Below, piece by piece: positions 59,732-64,000 of a stretch of 64,000 bases of DNA. The translations under genes were made by a program, and so were the position numbers. Below the pieces are notes generated by a model. It worked only from the letters and a program-made list of their open reading frames with translations. It ran no database searches and was not told the DNA's origin. The stretch is from Antedon mediterranea (taxonomy: Eukaryota > Animalia > Echinodermata): assembly GCF_964355755.1 (NCBI RefSeq), contig NC_092670.1:24352795-24416794 (forward strand), given 5' to 3'. Numbering within the stretch: position 1 is the first letter of the stretch; each line of letters begins with the position of its first letter.

Positions 59732-62700
59732 AACTAGATTTAATTCGTCACTATGACGAATTATAGGTTATATGCATTGATTTAAATAAAGATAATTGAT
59801 TTTTAAAAGATATATTGATTGATTGATTTTCTCAGAATCTTTAATTATTTATAATAATTATATGATAGGACCTTGCTAACCGGTATCACAATCCGATCAA
59901 AGATCCATATGCGTATAATGTCATAAACCACATTTGTTGTTACATAATATAAAGACATAAGTTAATTTTTATCTAGATTTCATTATAAATCATGTGTATA
60001 ATCTATACACTAAGAAATAAATTTGAACAAACAATACGGATAATAAAAAAAAAATCTTATTTCGTTTCCCAAGGTGAGACTTGATCTCGGTACCTTGAAT
60101 GCCATAGACACGAGCACAGACCATCGAGCCATACACAACTGGCTAAAAGTTGTAGAAAAATTCCTCCGTGTATTTACTATGCAGTAACCACTTTGGTGCA
60201 AATAGATTATTACATACCGAAATGAATTATAATTTTTTACTATGATGACATCTTTAAAATGTAAACAAATGATGCACTGTCAAACTACATACTTTTAACT
60301 TGAATATATGAACTTTTGAAGGAAGAAAGTTAATGTTAAGTTTGTTATTTTGGCCTAAGAAAATGTCATAATTTGTTTTATTGTCGAAATTAATTTTTTT
60401 AAATTTAATATGCAATTAATGATGACTTAATCAACTTTTGTTCTTCTAATTTCATAATAAATCATACATTTGATACATACACTTCAAGAAAATGAAATAA
60501 AAAATAGGTGTTCCCCTGCATTCTGACGATATATATTAATTAAAAAATTTAGCATATTTTCACCATTTTGTTAACTTATACGTGCGTAGCCAGTCACTTT
60601 TGAAGTGCTCGTATAACGCAATTTCGAGTTGAAACCTGAATCAAATATGAGGATATTATTAAAGAAAGATTGTAAAACAGAAATCGGGCAAAAAGAGTGC
60701 GCATTAACGTTTAACGCGCAGTGCGCGTGCAAAAATCTGCGCACTCATGGCAATTTTGTAAACGCTTAAAATTGCCTGAAACGTACTCTAATTTCATCGA
60801 AAATAAATTTTGACAATTTTGAACATTTTAAGCGCGCGTACGCAAGCGTTATATGCGCTACGCACGTAATTGTATTGCCATATGATGAAATATGACCTGA
60901 AATTTATGAGTACCAAATTTTGTTTAATTGTGATTCATGCTTGTGAAGATATGATTACATACGTGGTTTCGTAAAATCGCGCGTAGACCGCGTAATTTTT
61001 GATTGCGCATCGTGAAAATATAACCACATCGATTCCTGGCCATAAGGAATATACTCTGAAAAATTGACTTAGATAGATGAAACTGATGCCAAGATAATTC
61101 ACGAACAAAATAGTGCTAAGGAAAGAATAAATAAACTAGATTTAATTCGTCACTATGACGAATTATAGGTTATATGCATTGATAATTAAAATAAAGATAA
61201 TTTATTTTTAAAAGATATTTTGATTCATTGATTTTCTCAGATTCTTTAAATAATATATAATATATGATAGGACCTTGCTAACGCGAATACAATAGCCGGT
61301 ATCACAATCCGATCAAAGATCCCTCTGCGTATAATGTCATAAACCACATTTGCTGTTACATAATAATAAAGACATAAGTTATTTTTTATCTAGATTTCAT
61401 TATAAATCATGTGTATAATATATACACTAAGAAATAAATTTGAACAAACAATACGGATAATAAAAAAAAATTTATTTCGTTTCCCAAGGTGAGACTCGAT
61501 CTCGGTACCTTGAGTGCCATAGACACGAGCACACACCACCGAGCCATACACAACTGACTAAAAATTGTAGAAAAATTCCTCCGTGTATTTACTATGCAGT
61601 AACCACTTTGGTGCAGATAGATTATTACATACCGCAATGAATTATAATTTTTTACTATGATGACATCTCTAAAAATGTACAAAAATGATGCACTGTCAAA
61701 CTATATACTTTTAACTTTAATATATGAACTTTTGAAGGAAGAAAGTTAATGTTAAGTTTGTTATTTTGGCCTAAGAAAATGTCATAATTTGTTTGATTGT
61801 CGAAATGAATTTTTTTTAATTTAATATGCAATTAATTATGGCTTAATCAACTTTTGTTCTCTTAGTTTAATAATAAATCATACATAAGATACATACACTT
61901 CAAGAAAATGAAATAAAAAATATGTGTTCCCGAGCATTCTGACGATCTATATTAATTTTAAAATTTAGCATATTTTCACCATTTTGTTAACTTACACGTG
62001 CGTAGCCTGTCACTTTTGACGTGCTCGTATAAGGCAATTACGCGTTGAAAAGTGAATAAAATATGATGATATTATTAAAGAAAGGTTGTACAACCGAAAT
62101 CGGACAAAAAGAGTGCGCATTAACGTATAACGCGCAGTGCGCGTGCAAAAATCTGCGCACTCATGGCAATTTTTTAAACGCTTAAAATTGCCTGAAACGT
62201 ACTCTAATTTCATCGAAAATAAATTTTGACAATTTTGAACATTTTAAGCGCGCGTACGCAAGCGTTATATGCGCTACGCACGTAATTGTATTGCCATATG
62301 ATGAAATATGACCTGAAATTTATGAGTACCAAATTTTGTTTAATTGTGATTCATGCTTGTGAAGATATGATTACAAACGTGATTTCGTAAAATCGCGCGT
62401 AGACCGCGTAATTTTTGATTACGCATCGTGAAAATATAACCACATCGATTCCTGGCCATAAGGAATATACTCTGAAAAATTGACTTAGATAGATGAAACT
62501 GATATCAAGATAATTCACGGACAAAATAGTGCTAAGGAAAGAATAAATAAATAAAGATTTTGACAGAATCAAGAGGTTATATGCATGATAATGCATATAA
62601 CCTAACTAGATTTAATTCGTCACTATGACGAATTATAGGTTATATGCATTGATTTAAATAAAGATAATTGATTTTTAAAAGATATATTGATTGATTGATT

Positions 62701-64000
62701 TTCTCAGAATCTTTAATTATTTATAATATATGATAGGACCTTGCTAACGCGAACACCATAGCCGGTATCACAATCCGATCAAAGATCCTTCTGCGTATAA
62801 TGTCATAAACCGCATTTGTTGTTACATAATAATAAAGACATAAAGTAACTTTTTATCTAGATTTCATTATAAATCATGTGTATAATCTATACACTAAGAA
62901 ATAAATTTGAACAATACGGATAATAAAAAAAAAATCTTATTTCGTTTTCCAAGGTGAGACTCGAACTCGGTACCTTGAATGCCATTGACACGAGCACAGA
63001 CCATCGAGCCATACACAACTGACTAAAAGTTGGAGAAAAATTCCTCCGTGTATTTACTATGCAGTAACCACTTTGGTGCAGATAGATTATTACATACCGC
63101 AATGAATTAAAATGTTTTACTATGATGACATCTTTAAAAATTTAAAAAAATGATGCACTGTCAAGCTATATACTTTTAACTTTAATATATGAACTTCTTA
63201 AGGAAGAAAGTTAACGTTAAGTTTGTTATTTTGGCCTAAGAAAATGTTATAATTTGTTTGATTGTCGAAATTAATTTTGTTAAATTTAATATGCCATTAA
63301 TGATGACTTAATCAACTTTTGTTCTTCTAATTTCATAATAAATCATACATATGATACATACACTTCAAGAAAATTAAATAAAAAATAGGTGTTCCCGAGC
63401 ATTCTAACGATATATATTAATTTTAAAATTTAGCATATTTTCACCATTTTGTTAACTTACACGTGCGTAGCCCGTCACTTTTGACGTGCTCGTATAACGC
63501 TGTTTCGCGTTGAAAAGTGAATAAAATATGATGATGTTATTAAAGAAAGGTTATACAACAGTAATCGGACACAAACAGTACGCATTAACGTTTGACGCGC
63601 AGTGCGCGTGCAAAAATCTGCGCAGTCACGGCAATTTTTTAAACGCTTAAAATTGCCTGAAACGTACTCTAATTTCATCGAAAATAAATTCTGTCAATTT
63701 TCAACATTTTAAGCGCGCGTACGCATGCGTTATATGCGCTACGCACGTAATTGTATTGCCATATGATGAAATATGACCTGAAATTTATGAGTACCAAATT
63801 TTGTTTAAAAGTGATTCATGTTTGTGAAGATATGATTACAAACGTGATTTCGTTAAATCGCGCGTAGACCGCGTAATTTTTGAATGCGCATCGTGAAAAC
63901 ATAACCACATCGATTCCTGGCCATAAGGAATATACTCTGAAAAATTGACTTAGATAGATGAAACTGATGCCAAGATAATTCACGGACAAATAGTGCTAAG
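59732..64000. repeat. Tandem array of 1.40-1.47-kb Helentron/Helitron-like non-autonomous units (3 units, continuing past the window)
   Basis: Units start AACTAGATTTAATTCGTCACTATGACGAATT at 59732, 61134, 62604; hairpin next to CTAG; subterminal AGGTTATATGCAT. Confidence 0.8.

Noticed and set aside
60010-63678. Recurrent 63-91-aa ORFs in the right-hand array
   Set aside because: Lengths and frames vary between units; no Rep/helicase motifs; non-coding repeat.

Overview
AT-rich, intron-containing animal genomic DNA. The repeat style suggests a marine invertebrate, possibly an echinoderm; this is inference only. The backbone is a tandem duplication of a minus-strand leucine-rich-repeat GPCR gene of the LGR type-C family (RXFP/GRL101-like hinge and 7TM, but no LDLa module seen). 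Each gene has a signal-peptide exon, a Cys-rich cap exon, many symmetric 72-bp LRR exons and one large 7TM exon. Copy B (38920-53211) can be spliced into an intact ORF. Copy A (13541-29936) has its 7TM exon broken by a very young 4947-bp Gmr1-like Gypsy LTR retrotransposon (680-bp LTRs, ATCA TSD). The pol of that element has no integrase; three 36-bp repeats sit in frame where the integrase should be. A second, 1818-bp derivative (one LTR plus gag, 3269-5086) ends at a cryptic 9-bp mimic of the LTR terminus inside gag and has its own 4-bp TSD (GTAA), so it looks integrated as a TIR-like unit. The rest of the window is nested transposable elements: Kolobok-like TTAA elements (one pair of ends encloses the receptor's signal-peptide exon), Harbinger-like MITEs, foldback elements, CR1/RTE/RTEX-like LINE pieces, a 5S-derived SINE, a Penelope GIY-YIG fragment with hammerhead-like motifs, tRNA-like repeats and a tandem Helentron-like array at the right end. 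All coordinates were read by eye.
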